Positions 46,885-57,123 of a stretch of 64,000 nucleotides of DNA are shown piece by piece; the first letter of the stretch is position 1; the number at the start of each line of letters is the position of its first letter. The notes below the pieces were generated by a model. That model was not told the origin of the DNA and did not search any database. It was given only the letters and a program-made list of their open reading frames with translations. Source of the stretch: Candidatus Bathyarchaeia archaeon (GTDB lineage: Archaea > Thermoproteota > Bathyarchaeia > Bathyarchaeales > Bathycorpusculaceae); contig JAVZLS010000004.1 of assembly GCA_038883715.1 (NCBI GenBank), positions 1-64,000 on the forward strand, given 5' to 3'. Both the position numbers and the translations under genes were made by a program.

Positions 46885-47124
46885 TTGATTATACCCATAA
46901 GATGTTTTACATGCGGCAAGTTAATTGGTGACAAGTGGGAGGAGTTCGCGAGAAGGGTTAAGATGGGTGAAGATGCTGGCGACGTTTTGGACAGTTTGGG
47001 GATAAAGCGGTACTGTTGCAGGCGTATGCTTCTCTCTCACGTTGAAATTATTGATGAGGTTTTACGCTTCTATGAAGAAGCTGAAAAGAGAAGGGAAGCC
47101 AGAATGCAGTACTATCAACAATAA
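46885..47124 (+). CDS. rpoN: DNA-directed RNA polymerase subunit N (Rpo10)
   Basis: [12 protein letters not shown]...RYCCRRM; TTG at 46885 after GGAGG. Confidence 0.96.
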   Translation: MIIPIRCFTCGKLIGDKWEEFARRVKMGEDAGDVLDSLGIKRYCCRRMLLSHVEIIDEVLRFYEEAEKRREARMQYYQQ

Positions 47125-47138
47125 GGAGCCCCGGAGGC

Positions 47139-48392
47139 ATGTCTACAGTCATTGAGGATGTAATTGCAAGGAAGGTTTTCAACAGCCGCGGGGAAGAAAC
47201 AATAGAGGTTGACGTTATTACCACCTCTGGTTTTGGTAGAGCCTCAGCGCCGGCTGGGGAAAGCCGAGGAAAAGCCGAGGTTGTTTATTATCCACAGGGC
47301 GGGGTAGATGAAGCAATCAAAAAAGTTGAAGAACTCATATCCCCGGAACTTATTGGATTGAACGCAGACTTCCAAGAGGAGATTGATAAAACCCTTCATG
47401 AGATAGATAACACAAAAGACTTTAGAATCATTGGTGGGAATACAGCCTTCGCAGTCTCCTTAGCGAACGCAGAAGCCGCCGCAAACTCTTATGGTTTACC
47501 CCTCTTCCAATATTTGGGCGGATATGCGGCTCACGAGCTTCCTTATCCTCTTGGAAACATCATTAGTGGCGGAAAGCATACGAGTGGAAAATCTCCGGAT
47601 ATGCAAGAGTTTTTGGCTCTTCCTTACGGTGCTGACTCTTTTCTGGAAGCGGCAACAGCGAACATAAAAATCCATAGCAAAGTTAAGGAAGCTTTAAGGA
47701 AAGAGGATAAGCTTTTCAGCGGTGGAAGAAGCGACGAGGGGGCGTGGATTGCAAACATCACCGACATGGAAGCCCTTGAAATTATGGCTTCGGCATGCGA
47801 AGAGGTAAGCAACGAAATGGGCTTCAAATGTGGTTTCGGCGTTGATGTTGCGGCTTCATCCCTCTGGAATGCTAAAAAGAAGAAATACGTATATGAGAGA
47901 AATGGAAAGGAGCTGGACCCCGGAGAACAGTTGGGATTTATTCGGCAGCTTATTGAAAAGTATCATTTGGTTTATGTGGAAGACCCGTTCCACGAGGAAG
48001 ATTATGGCAGTTTTGCGGAACTCACAAAGAAGGTTAAGAACTGCCTCATCTGCGGCGACGACTTGTTCGTCACAAACAATGAAAGATTATCCCATGGGAT
48101 TAAAATGCGGGCAGCCAACGCTATAATAATTAAAGTGAACCAAGTGGGCACACTTACAGATGCTTTGGACACTATTGAAACTGCGAAAAGGGCTGGATAC
48201 GTGTCAGTGGCGTCTCACCGTTCTGGCGATACATGTGATTGGCATATTGCTCACTTGGCCGTGGCGTTTAAGTGCCCAATAATTAAGGCTGGTGTAGTGG
48301 AAGGTGCCAGAATCGCCAAAATAAACGAGTTGTTAAGGATTGAGGAGTTTCTCGGAGATAGGGCTAAAATGGCTGAACTCCACATTCCATAA
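47139..48392 (+). CDS. eno: Enolase
   Basis: NSRG, GGKH, QEF, DEG, DVAAS, VEDP, GDDLF, IKVNQVG, SHRSG. Confidence 0.92.
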   Translation: MSTVIEDVIARKVFNSRGEETIEVDVITTSGFGRASAPAGESRGKAEVVYYPQGGVDEAIKKVEELISPELIGLNADFQEEIDKTLHEIDNTKDFRIIGGNTAFAVSLANAEAAANSYGLPLFQYLGGYAAHELPYPLGNIISGGKHTSGKSPDMQEFLALPYGADSFLEAATANIKIHSKVKEALRKEDKLFSGGRSDEGAWIANITDMEALEIMASACEEVSNEMGFKCGFGVDVAASSLWNAKKKKYVYERNGKELDPGEQLGFIRQLIEKYHLVYVEDPFHEEDYGSFAELTKKVKNCLICGDDLFVTNNERLSHGIKMRAANAIIIKVNQVGTLTDALDTIETAKRAGYVSVASHRSGDTCDWHIAHLAVAFKCPIIKAGVVEGARIAKINELLRIEEFLGDRAKMAELHIP

Positions 48393-49094
48393 ATGGAGAG
48401 TGAAATAAGTTTGGCTGAAAAAGATAAGGAAGAAGCTAAAAAGGAAAAGTTTGAAGAGGAAACAAGTGTAAGTGCAGAAGAAGAACTCCTGTTGCCTCGG
48501 GACACACTTCTCTCGGCTGGAATACACATTGGAACTAGAATGAAGACGAAGGACATGGAACAGTTCATATACCGCGTCAGACCAGACGGTCTATTTGTTT
48601 TAGACGTTAAAAAGACTGATGAACGCATAAGAGTGGCAGCTAAATTCTTGGCAAGATTTGAGCCTTCAAGGATAGCTGCCGCCGCAGCTAGGCTATATGC
48701 ACAAGAACCCGTGAAAAAGTTCTGTGAAGCGGTTGGCGCAACCCCAATTGTTGGACGCTTCATTCCCGGGCTGCTTTCAAACCCGCTCTATCCCAACCGT
48801 ATTGAACCAAATGTGCTAATAGTTTCAGATCCTCGGGCGGATTCCCAAGCAGTGCGGGAGGCAGCCTCCATAGGTGTTCCGGTGGTGGCCCTGTGCAGCA
48901 CCGACAACGACTTTTCCGGTGTTGACCTAGTAATACCAACAAATAACAAGGGTAGGAGAGCCCTAGCGGTTATTTACTGGCTTCTCGCGAGGCAGGTTTT
49001 GCGCGAAAGAGGAGAGCTCCCACCAGACAAGGATATGCCACTAACCATTGAGGATTTTGAGGCTAAAATCTCAAAGGAGGAAGAGGAGAGCTAA
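48393..49094 (+). CDS. rps2: 30S ribosomal protein S2
   Basis: [32 protein letters not shown]. Confidence 0.96.
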   Translation: MESEISLAEKDKEEAKKEKFEEETSVSAEEELLLPRDTLLSAGIHIGTRMKTKDMEQFIYRVRPDGLFVLDVKKTDERIRVAAKFLARFEPSRIAAAAARLYAQEPVKKFCEAVGATPIVGRFIPGLLSNPLYPNRIEPNVLIVSDPRADSQAVREAASIGVPVVALCSTDNDFSGVDLVIPTNNKGRRALAVIYWLLARQVLRERGELPPDKDMPLTIEDFEAKISKEEEES

Positions 49095-49099
49095 TAAGG

Positions 49100-49948
49100 A
49101 TGGCGAAGATTCGGCTCCCAAGCCAAGCTGGAGCCTTCTACGCTGGAAAAGCCGAATCTTTGAAGAGGCAGATTGAAGAGTGCTTCCTACACGAGTTGGG
49201 ACCGGGAACAATCCCAAAAGTTGTTGAAGGGCCGAGGCGCATAGTTGGTCTCGTATGCCCTCATGCTGGATATATGTACTCTGGACCCGTTGCAGCCCAC
49301 GCCTATTATAATTTGGCTTCTGACGGTAAGCCAGACACTGTTGTGCTTTTTGGCCCAAACCATGCTCTTTATGGTAGCGCCTTAGCCGTGATGAATGAGG
49401 GTCTTTGGCGCACCCCGCTTGGCGATGTTGAGGTTGATGGGGAAACAGCCAATAAAATTGTTAGGGAAGCTCGCATAGTTGATGTTGATGATTCCGCCCA
49501 CCGATATGAGCACTCCATTGAGGTGCAGCTTCCATTTCTGCAATACCTTTTTGGCTCAGCGTTTAGAATTGTGCCCATATGCTTTTGGATGCAGGATTTG
49601 CACTCTGCAAGAGAGGTTGGGCAGGCTGTTGCAAGGGCTGTAGCTGGAAAAAACGCCTTAATTATAGCTTCTTCAGACATGACCCACTACGAGCCGCAAA
49701 AAGTGGCTGAAAAGAAGGATATGTTGGCTCTTAAAGCTGTTGAAGCGATGGACGAGGAACGCTTTTATTCCATAATCAAAGAGCAGCAAATTACCGCATG
49801 CGGTTATGGTCCCATAATCGCCCTCATCACGGCTGCAAAAGTTTTGGGGGCAAGAGAGGCAAAATTATTATGTTACAAGACCAGTGGAGATGTAACTGGC
49901 GACTACTCAGCCGTTGTTGGGTACGCCGCCGTGCAACTCACAAAATAG
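49100..49948 (+). CDS. MEMO1 family protein (AmmeMemoRadiSam protein B)
   Basis: AGAFY, PHAGYMYSG, EHSIEVQLPFLQ, ASSDMTHY, CGYGP. Confidence 0.93.
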   Translation: MAKIRLPSQAGAFYAGKAESLKRQIEECFLHELGPGTIPKVVEGPRRIVGLVCPHAGYMYSGPVAAHAYYNLASDGKPDTVVLFGPNHALYGSALAVMNEGLWRTPLGDVEVDGETANKIVREARIVDVDDSAHRYEHSIEVQLPFLQYLFGSAFRIVPICFWMQDLHSAREVGQAVARAVAGKNALIIASSDMTHYEPQKVAEKKDMLALKAVEAMDEERFYSIIKEQQITACGYGPIIALITAAKVLGAREAKLLCYKTSGDVTGDYSAVVGYAAVQLTK

Positions 49949-49957
49949 TGGTTTAGG

Positions 49958-50941
49958 ATGGGAGTTATCGCCTCGGCTCCCGCGAAAATAATACTTTTCG
50001 GAGAACACTTCGCCGTTTACGGTGAGCCCGCCATAGTCCTAGCCATAGATAAAAGAGCCTACGCAAAGGCGGAACTGCGCGAGGATAAGAGGCTTTTCTT
50101 GCGCTCTTTAAACCTAAACGTAGCCGGGTTTTTCGAAAATGGAAACTTTAGGGTTGAAGAGGGAAACCCTAAAGAGGCTAGAATAAAGCTTGAACCGCTT
50201 AAATGCGCAGTGGAAAAGGTTCTGGAGATTTCAGGCGAGAGGGTTGGCTTAAACATAGAGGTAAACTCAACGGTTCCCGTTGCCGCTGGTTTAGGTTCTT
50301 CAGCAGCTGTGGCTGCCGCCGTAGCGGCGGCTGTCGGCGCTCTGTTAAATGTGAGGATGTCGAAGGAGGATGTTTTCCGCATAGCCTACGAAGCTGAAAA
50401 GATAATGCATGGCACACCTTCAGGCGTTGACCCAGCAATATCAACTTTTGGAGGGGCGCTGCTTTTCCAGATAGACACGGGATTTAAGCCTCTTGATGTT
50501 AGGGCGGATATACCGCTTGTTGTTGGCAATACTGGTGTTGAAAGGTCAACACGGAGCCAAGTTGCAAAAGTTCGAAGCTTGAGGGAACGTTATCCACAGA
50601 TTGTTGAGCCCATGATGAGGGCTGCCCGTGAAATAGTTTTAAGAGCCATTGAAGCCCTAAAAGAAGGCGACTTGGAAACCATAGGGGAACTGATGGGCAT
50701 AAACCATGCACTGCTTTATGGATTAGGGGTTTCAGACGAGTCTCTAGAGTGGCTTATTAACGCTGCTCGCAAGGCAGGTGCACTAGGCGCAAAACTGACT
50801 GGTGCGGGTGGCGGCGGATGCATGATAGCTCTTGCAAGCAAAGATAGAGTTGAAAATGTTTTGGAGGCTGTGCAGAGGGCTGGAGGAAACGCTTTCATAG
50901 CGAGAAAAACGGATGAGGGAGTTAGAATTGAGCCAACCTAA
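49958..50941 (+). CDS. mvk: Mevalonate kinase
   Basis: APAKIILFGEH, PVAAGLGSSAA, HGTPSGVD, KLTGAGGGG. Confidence 0.95.
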   Translation: MGVIASAPAKIILFGEHFAVYGEPAIVLAIDKRAYAKAELREDKRLFLRSLNLNVAGFFENGNFRVEEGNPKEARIKLEPLKCAVEKVLEISGERVGLNIEVNSTVPVAAGLGSSAAVAAAVAAAVGALLNVRMSKEDVFRIAYEAEKIMHGTPSGVDPAISTFGGALLFQIDTGFKPLDVRADIPLVVGNTGVERSTRSQVAKVRSLRERYPQIVEPMMRAAREIVLRAIEALKEGDLETIGELMGINHALLYGLGVSDESLEWLINAARKAGALGAKLTGAGGGGCMIALASKDRVENVLEAVQRAGGNAFIARKTDEGVRIEPT

Positions 50942-51728
50942 ACCAACAGTTCTGAAAATTGGCGGCTCTGTCATAACCGACAAAAGCAAAGAGCTTGGCG
51001 TTCAAATGGAAGCCATAAGCCGAATAGCAGACGAAATACTTGAAGCAAACATTAAAAGCCTAATAATTGTGCATGGCGGTGGAAGTTTTGGGCACCCAGT
51101 GGCGCAAAAACACGCCATAAAAGAGGGCTTTAAAGAGGAGTCTCAGATAATAGGGTTTGCGGAAACTCACCATGTTATGACAGTGCTTAATGGACTTTTT
51201 ATGGACTCCTTGATATGGCGGGGCATTCCAGCAGTAAGCATCACACCCTCCTCATGTATAATGACGCAGAATGGCAGAATAACGTATTTTGAAGATTCTC
51301 CCCTCAAGCAGCTTATGAAAATGGGCTTTATTCCAGTTCTCTACGGAGATGCCGTCTTTGACACAAAGTTAGGCTTTACAATATTGTCCGGAGACCAGCT
51401 TGTCGCGTTCTTAGCCATGCGGTTCAACGCAAAAAATATCGTGATCGGCGTTGATGTGGACGGATTATATGACGCTGACCCGAAGACCAACGCGAAAGCC
51501 AAAATGTTCAACCGTTTAACTTTAGCGGAGCTTAAAAATGTTCAGAAACTTTTGGGCGGGTCAAACGCTTATGACGTAACTGGTGGGATGGCAAATAAAA
51601 TTGCTGAACTTATTCCCGCCATTGAGCGTGGAATTCCAGTTTTAATGGTTAATGCTACAAAGCCCAAATATATCTATAAAGCCCTAAAGGGAGAACAGGT
51701 TAAGGGCACACTTATAGAGAAGGAATAA
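50913..51728 (+). CDS. ipk: Isopentenyl phosphate kinase
   Basis: LKIGGSVITDK, VHGGGSFGH, SGD, DVTGGM..K. Start may be the TTG at 50928. Confidence 0.93.
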   Translation: MRELELSQPKPTVLKIGGSVITDKSKELGVQMEAISRIADEILEANIKSLIIVHGGGSFGHPVAQKHAIKEGFKEESQIIGFAETHHVMTVLNGLFMDSLIWRGIPAVSITPSSCIMTQNGRITYFEDSPLKQLMKMGFIPVLYGDAVFDTKLGFTILSGDQLVAFLAMRFNAKNIVIGVDVDGLYDADPKTNAKAKMFNRLTLAELKNVQKLLGGSNAYDVTGGMANKIAELIPAIERGIPVLMVNATKPKYIYKALKGEQVKGTLIEKE

Positions 51729-51731
51729 AGT

Positions 51732-52829
51732 TTGGCTGAAAAAACTAGAAAGCGTAAAGCAGACCACATCCGCATAGCCACAACCTACAATGTCCAAGCA
51801 AAAAACATCACGACGGGATTTGAAGACGTGTACTTTGTTCACAGAGCCTTACCAGAGGTTGACAAGGACAAGATAAATCTTTCAACAACGGTTTTTAACC
51901 ACAAGTTTTCCGCGCCAATAATAGTCAGCGCCATAACCGGCGGAACAAGCGAAGCTAGAAAAATTAACGCTACAATAGCCACTGTTGTTGAGGAATTCGG
52001 GCTGGGAATGGGTGTTGGGAGCCAAAGGGCTGCATTAGAAGACCGAAGGCTTGAGAAAACCTTCGCAATAGTTAGGAAAAAAGCGCCCACAGCCTTCCTA
52101 ATGGCGAACATTGGTGGAATACAACTCGCCAAAGGCTACAATATAAAAGAGGCAAAGAAAGCCATAGAAATGATAGACGCTGATGCCCTAGCCATACATT
52201 TAAACCCTCTTCAAGAGGCTGTGCAGCCAGAAGGCGAAACAAGCTTTAAGGGAGTGCTTGAAAAGATAGGTGAAATTGCCAAAGAGCTGGACAAACCAGT
52301 AATTGTGAAAGAAACCGGAGCGGGTATAGCCGCGGAGGAAGTGAAAAAGCTTGAGGCTGCTGGTGTAAAAGGTATTGATGTGAGTGGTGCTGGTGGCACA
52401 AGCTTTGCCGCAGTAGAGTATTTTCGTGCAAAAGGTAGGAGAAACGCTTACAATCGCAGATTAGGCGAAGTTTTTTGGGATTGGGGGATACCAACAGCAA
52501 TAAGCATAGTTGAAGTTGCACAGACCGTCAGCATCCCAGTTGTAGCCTCTGGTGGAGTGCGCAGCGGATTGGATGCAGCTAAAGCCCTAGCCTTGGGGGC
52601 AAGCCTTACGGCTCTGGCACAACCAGTTTTGCAGGCTGCTGTTGAAGGCATTAGGCAAACAAGAAAAATGTTGCGCACATTGATAGAAGAGCTTAGGAAC
52701 ACCATGTTTCTTGTCGGAGCTGAAAATACTCAGCAGCTACATAAAGTGCCCCTTGTAATTGTCGGGAAAACGGCTGAATGGCTTAGGTTAAGGGGCTTTG
52801 ACATAGAAGTTTATGCAAGAAGAGGGTGA
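51732..52829 (+). CDS. fni: Type 2 isopentenyl-diphosphate delta-isomerase
   Basis: RKADHI, ITGG, GVGSQR, HLNPLQEAVQPEG, VKETG, GGTS, WGIPT. Confidence 0.95.
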   Translation: MAEKTRKRKADHIRIATTYNVQAKNITTGFEDVYFVHRALPEVDKDKINLSTTVFNHKFSAPIIVSAITGGTSEARKINATIATVVEEFGLGMGVGSQRAALEDRRLEKTFAIVRKKAPTAFLMANIGGIQLAKGYNIKEAKKAIEMIDADALAIHLNPLQEAVQPEGETSFKGVLEKIGEIAKELDKPVIVKETGAGIAAEEVKKLEAAGVKGIDVSGAGGTSFAAVEYFRAKGRRNAYNRRLGEVFWDWGIPTAISIVEVAQTVSIPVVASGGVRSGLDAAKALALGASLTALAQPVLQAAVEGIRQTRKMLRTLIEELRNTMFLVGAENTQQLHKVPLVIVGKTAEWLRLRGFDIEVYARRG

Positions 52830-52838
52830 GGGTTAACC

Positions 52839-53915
52839 TTGAGTTTTGACATAGAAAAGCTTCTTGAAGAAAAGGCAGCCATCATAAATAAGGCTATTGA
52901 GAAGTATATACCAAGAATCTTTTCAAAGGAAGCTATCATCTTTAAAATCAGCCCGCCAAGATACGCGTACAACATCGAGGCAATAAACAAGGCTGTGGCT
53001 GAACCAATTTGGGAATTTCTAGACAGAGGCGGAAAAAGGTGGCGTCCAACCCTCTTCCTACTTATATGTGAGGCTTTAGGCAAAAATCCTGAAGACTATG
53101 TGGATTATGCCATAATCCCCGAAGTTGTGCACAACGGAACCCTAATGATAGACGACATTGAAGATTCCTCCGAATTCCGCAGAGGTAAGCCATGCACATA
53201 CAAAATTTACGGTTTGGACATAGCCATAAATGCTGGAAACACCATGTACTACCTCCCGCTTTTGCCATTAATGGAAAACCGTGAGAAGCTAGGCTCCGAA
53301 AAGCTTTCGAGAATTTATGAGATTTACGTGCAAGAGATGATAAACCTCAGTCTAGGACAAGCTATGGACATAGCTTGGCACAAGGGCTTGGCGAATGCCG
53401 ACCAGTTAAAAGAAGAAGACTATTTGCAAATGTGCGTCTACAAGACTGGAACTTTGGCAAGGATGGCTGCCAAAATCGCCGCTGTGGTGGCTGACGCCTC
53501 TGATGAGATTGTTGAGAAGCTTGGGCACTTTGCGGAAAGCATAGGGGTTGCCTTCCAAATACAAGATGATGTGCTGGATTTGACCGGAGAGGAGTTTGCC
53601 GAGAAAAAGGGTGGAAGAGGACAGGACATAACAGAGGGAAAACGCACCCTCATCGTGATTCATACGTTAAAGGTGGCAAACACCAAGGACAGAAAGAGGC
53701 TAATTGAGATTTTAAGGATGCATACTTCAGACCAGAAGTTGAGGGATGAGGCAATATCGATAATGCAAAAGTATGGCTCAATTGAATATGCGAAAAACTT
53801 TGCGAGAAAAATTGTTGAGGAAAGCTGGAGAGAAGCAGAAGAACTTCTTCCAGAGTCGGAGGCGAAGGAAAAGTTAAACGCTTTTGCAAGATTCCTTATT
53901 GAGAGAAAGATTTGA
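52839..53915 (+). CDS. Polyprenyl (geranylgeranyl) diphosphate synthase
   Basis: GGKRWRP, DDIED..RRG, GQAMD, KT, FQIQDDVLD, DITEGK. Confidence 0.93.
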   Translation: MSFDIEKLLEEKAAIINKAIEKYIPRIFSKEAIIFKISPPRYAYNIEAINKAVAEPIWEFLDRGGKRWRPTLFLLICEALGKNPEDYVDYAIIPEVVHNGTLMIDDIEDSSEFRRGKPCTYKIYGLDIAINAGNTMYYLPLLPLMENREKLGSEKLSRIYEIYVQEMINLSLGQAMDIAWHKGLANADQLKEEDYLQMCVYKTGTLARMAAKIAAVVADASDEIVEKLGHFAESIGVAFQIQDDVLDLTGEEFAEKKGGRGQDITEGKRTLIVIHTLKVANTKDRKRLIEILRMHTSDQKLRDEAISIMQKYGSIEYAKNFARKIVEESWREAEELLPESEAKEKLNAFARFLIERKI

Positions 53916-53931
53916 AGCGCCGTGTTAAGCC

Positions 53932-55689
53932 TTGAGCGAAATTAGAGAAGACAGAGAACTAAGGGAGACTATTCGAAAGTTTGCGCTATTAAACGCTGTA
54001 AAGCATAATGGAAAAGCCCAGACAGGCCCGGTTGTAGGAAAGGTTTTAGCTGAAAGGCCAAAACTGCGGACTAAGGCAAGGGAGCTAACCGCCCTAGTAA
54101 AAGAGGTTGTTGATGAGGTCAACAGTCTCTCGTTAAGCGAACAGATACGCATTGTTGAGGAGAGGTGGCCGGAAACCCTCGCAAAAGAAAAGGTTGAAGA
54201 GGAGAAGAAGCTTCCCCCATTGCCAAACGCTGACAAGTACCAAGAAATTGTAACACGCTTCTCGCCAAACCCTGACTGCGTTCTGCACTTGGGCTCTGCC
54301 AGAGCCATAGTGCTTTGTTACGAGTATGCCCGCATGTATAATGGCAAGTTCATTTTACGCTTTGAGGATACAGACCCCAAACTGAAAAGGCCAGTTCTGG
54401 AGTTTTACGACCGAATTAGGGAAGACTTAGAATGGTTGGGGTGTAAACCTGATGAGGAGTATATTCAAAGCGACAGAGTCCCCATTTACTATGAATATGC
54501 GAAAAAGCTGCTGGAGGACGGAAACGCCTACGTTTGCACATGCCAACCACAAGCCTTCAGAGAAAAAGTGCTAGCCCAGAAGCCTTGCCCATGCCGCGAC
54601 TTACCGCCAGAGGAGCATCTTGAAAGATGGGACCGCATGCTTGAAGGCAAATATAAAGAAGGCGAAGCAGTGGTGCGTGTTAAGACGGATTTGGAGCATC
54701 CAAACCCAGCCGTCAGAGATTGGCCGGCCCTCCGCGTAATAGACATCGAACAATATCCACATCCAAGGGTTGGAACAAAATATCGTGTCTGGCCCCTCTA
54801 CAATTTTGCATGTGGATTAGACGACCATTTGATGGGTGTAACCCACATAATTCGTGGCAAAGAACACTTAACAAACATGGTCCGGCAAGAGTACATGTAT
54901 AGGCATCTGGGCTGGTGTTATCCAGAGGCAATCCACTACGGCAGACTGAAGATTAAGGGTGCACATCTAAGCAAGTCAAAAATCGTTCAAGGAATAAGGG
55001 AAGGCCTATACAAGGGATGGGATGATCCTAGGCTAGCAACTTTTGCAGCCTTGAAAAGGCGTGGAATAACCCCCGCAGCCATTAAGAAGCTCATAATTGA
55101 TGTAGGTCCGAAAACTTCCGATGTTGTTTTAAGCTGGGAGAATCTTTACGCTTATAATCGCAAAATCCTAGATCCAAAAGTTAACAGGTACTTTTTTGTA
55201 CCAAATCCAGTTCAGCTTTTAGTTAGGGATATCCCGCGAGCATTTACGGTTAAGCTTCGTCTACATCCGGAATATCCAGAAAGGGGCTTTAAAGAATATG
55301 TAATAAAGCCCTCTGGGGCTGATGGCGAGGCTCTGTTTTGGATTTCAAGGATGGATTTGAAGGTTTTGGCTGTGGGAAGGATTGTTCGGCTCATGGAGTT
55401 GTTCAACATAAAGATTGAGCGGGTTGAAGCCTACTCTGTTGAGGCTGCTTTTAAGAGCGAGTCCTATGAAGAGGCTAGGAAGGCTGAAGCTCCTCTAATT
55501 CATTGGGTGCCAATAGGGATGGACATGCCTTGCCAAGTTATAATGCCAGACGCCACTATAACCGAGGGAATAGCCGAAAAAGCATGCAAAGACTTAAAGC
55601 CAAATGAAATAGTGCAGTTTGAAAGATTCGGCTTCGTGAGAATAGACACCGTTAACGCTAAAATTACGGCTTATTATGCACATAAGTAG
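53932..55689 (+). CDS. gltX: Glutamate--tRNA ligase (archaeal)
   Basis: RFSPNPD..LHLG, RFEDTDP, THIIRGKEH, LSKSK, WDDPRL, QFERFGF. Confidence 0.96.
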   Translation: MSEIREDRELRETIRKFALLNAVKHNGKAQTGPVVGKVLAERPKLRTKARELTALVKEVVDEVNSLSLSEQIRIVEERWPETLAKEKVEEEKKLPPLPNADKYQEIVTRFSPNPDCVLHLGSARAIVLCYEYARMYNGKFILRFEDTDPKLKRPVLEFYDRIREDLEWLGCKPDEEYIQSDRVPIYYEYAKKLLEDGNAYVCTCQPQAFREKVLAQKPCPCRDLPPEEHLERWDRMLEGKYKEGEAVVRVKTDLEHPNPAVRDWPALRVIDIEQYPHPRVGTKYRVWPLYNFACGLDDHLMGVTHIIRGKEHLTNMVRQEYMYRHLGWCYPEAIHYGRLKIKGAHLSKSKIVQGIREGLYKGWDDPRLATFAALKRRGITPAAIKKLIIDVGPKTSDVVLSWENLYAYNRKILDPKVNRYFFVPNPVQLLVRDIPRAFTVKLRLHPEYPERGFKEYVIKPSGADGEALFWISRMDLKVLAVGRIVRLMELFNIKIERVEAYSVEAAFKSESYEEARKAEAPLIHWVPIGMDMPCQVIMPDATITEGIAEKACKDLKPNEIVQFERFGFVRIDTVNAKITAYYAHK

Positions 55690-55698
55690 GGATGTTAG

Positions 55699-56007
55699 AT
55701 GCGTAAACAGAATAAGGTTATTTTGTGGCCAGCATACTTTGATTCGACAAAAACCAGAGGAGAAGGAAGAAAAATATCGAAGAGCTTGGCTGTGCCTTCT
55801 CCCAAAATCACGGAACTTAAGGAAGCAGCGGAAAAGCTTGGTTTAGAATGTGAACTTGTGGTGGATGTGAGTTATCCGAAGACTCCTTGGCTTAAAACTG
55901 GCATGCTATTGGTAGCCAAAAAGGAAGCTAAAAATCAGTTGCTTAAGAAAATTGCAAGACAGCTGCAGAAAAATCGCGGTTCCGCGGTTACGGCGAAATC
56001 TGCTTAG
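55699..56007 (+). CDS. srp19: Signal recognition particle protein Srp19
   Basis: LWPAYFDSTKTRGEGRKI..LAV.SP, YPKTPW. Confidence 0.93.
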   Translation: MRKQNKVILWPAYFDSTKTRGEGRKISKSLAVPSPKITELKEAAEKLGLECELVVDVSYPKTPWLKTGMLLVAKKEAKNQLLKKIARQLQKNRGSAVTAKSA

Positions 56008-56012
56008 GCTGG

Positions 56013-56411
56013 TTAGCTTGCCTCTTCTTCGCCTATTAAAACAGCGTTTATTACGCCGTTTTGACCCGGTCTGGATGTTACCTGTGCCAAGCCAAGTGGT
56101 GTCTCTATTATGGCGCCCTTTGTTATTACGCCTCTTCTGTCGTAGTCAACGTTCGCCGGGTTTTTAACAACTCGTAGAATTTCGGCCTTTTCTGTTTTTC
56201 CAGTTTTTGGGTCTGTTACGCAAGCGTATTTTTCGCTTAAAACTTTCACTTTGATGTTGCCGCCCCTTCCCCGTTCAACCTTTCTTTTGGGTTCGCCTAA
56301 AACTGTTTCCACTGGGAATGAGCCTTGTTCAAATTTTCTTTTCCCACGGTATGGTCGCCTTTTTCCTCCTGTTGGTTTTCTCTTGTGTAAGTCGCCGTGC
56401 CAAACTGACAT
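56013..56411 (-). CDS. rps8e: 30S ribosomal protein S8e
   Basis: RKPTGG, RGRGGN, ITKGAIIET, VTSRPGQNG. Confidence 0.96.
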   Translation of the reverse strand: MSVWHGDLHKRKPTGGKRRPYRGKRKFEQGSFPVETVLGEPKRKVERGRGGNIKVKVLSEKYACVTDPKTGKTEKAEILRVVKNPANVDYDRRGVITKGAIIETPLGLAQVTSRPGQNGVINAVLIGEEEAS

Positions 56412-56496
56412 TTTTAATCCTCTTCTTACTGCTAACGCTTTACGGGCTTGTTCACTATCACGTTAATTTGCATATAAACCTATCCGTTTAAAAATG

Positions 56497-57123
56497 CTAA
56501 ACGTTTAAAGTTGATGTTTGAGTGGTCTCTTCCGAAGCTTTTTCTCCTTCCAAAATTCTTTTCAGCTCTCTTTTCATGGTTGGAATGTCGTGACTTAGAC
56601 CAAAATAGTCTGCAAAGTAATCAGTCGTCCTTAAAATGGAGGCACGCCCTTTACGTTCCACGGTGACTAAGCCCATTTCCTTTAGCAGTTTAATATGTCC
56701 ATAGGCGTGGTGTCCCCGAACCTCAACAACCCGCTTCTGAGAGACTGGCTGTCTCAAAGCTATGTAGGAAAGCGTCTTTAACGGACCGGTGGAGAGCAGC
56801 GGCCTCTTAACAAGTTTTCGGACATAAGGTGTAAATTCTGCTTTGAGTTGTAAAACGAATCTCTCATCCTTTAGTTCGAGAATCTCTAGGGCTGTGTCCC
56901 TTTTTGCATATTCTTGCATCAACATTTTTACAAGCCGCTTAGCCTTATTTTTCGAGCGGGTTTTTAAAACTGAGCATATCTCTGAGAGATCTAGGGGGCG
57001 ACCAGCAACATACAGCGCAGCCTCAACTAACGCAAGGCCGCTGAGAGCCTTTTCCCGTGCGGTTTGCGGGGTTATCTCTGTGTCATCGGGTTGGGCTTCC
57101 ATTTGCAGCATCTGGTCCTCCAA
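56497..57123 (-). CDS. scpB: SMC-Scp complex subunit ScpB
   Basis: VEAALYVAGRPL, LKTLSYIALRQPV, EVRG, TTDYFADYFGL. The true start is probably a few codons downstream. Confidence 0.92.
   Translation of the reverse strand: MEDQMLQMEAQPDDTEITPQTAREKALSGLALVEAALYVAGRPLDLSEICSVLKTRSKNKAKRLVKMLMQEYAKRDTALEILELKDERFVLQLKAEFTPYVRKLVKRPLLSTGPLKTLSYIALRQPVSQKRVVEVRGHHAYGHIKLLKEMGLVTVERKGRASILRTTDYFADYFGLSHDIPTMKRELKRILEGEKASEETTQTSTLNV

Noticed and set aside
47139-48392. Enolase as a pseudoenzyme because PSGASTG reads PAGESRG
   Set aside because: The Ser and all other catalytic and metal ligands (H, E, E, D, E, D, K, SHRS, K) are present
49100-55689. MEMO1-mvk-ipk-fni-GGPPS-gltX linkage to ribosomal genes as novel
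   Set aside because: This is a well-known conserved archaeal gene order
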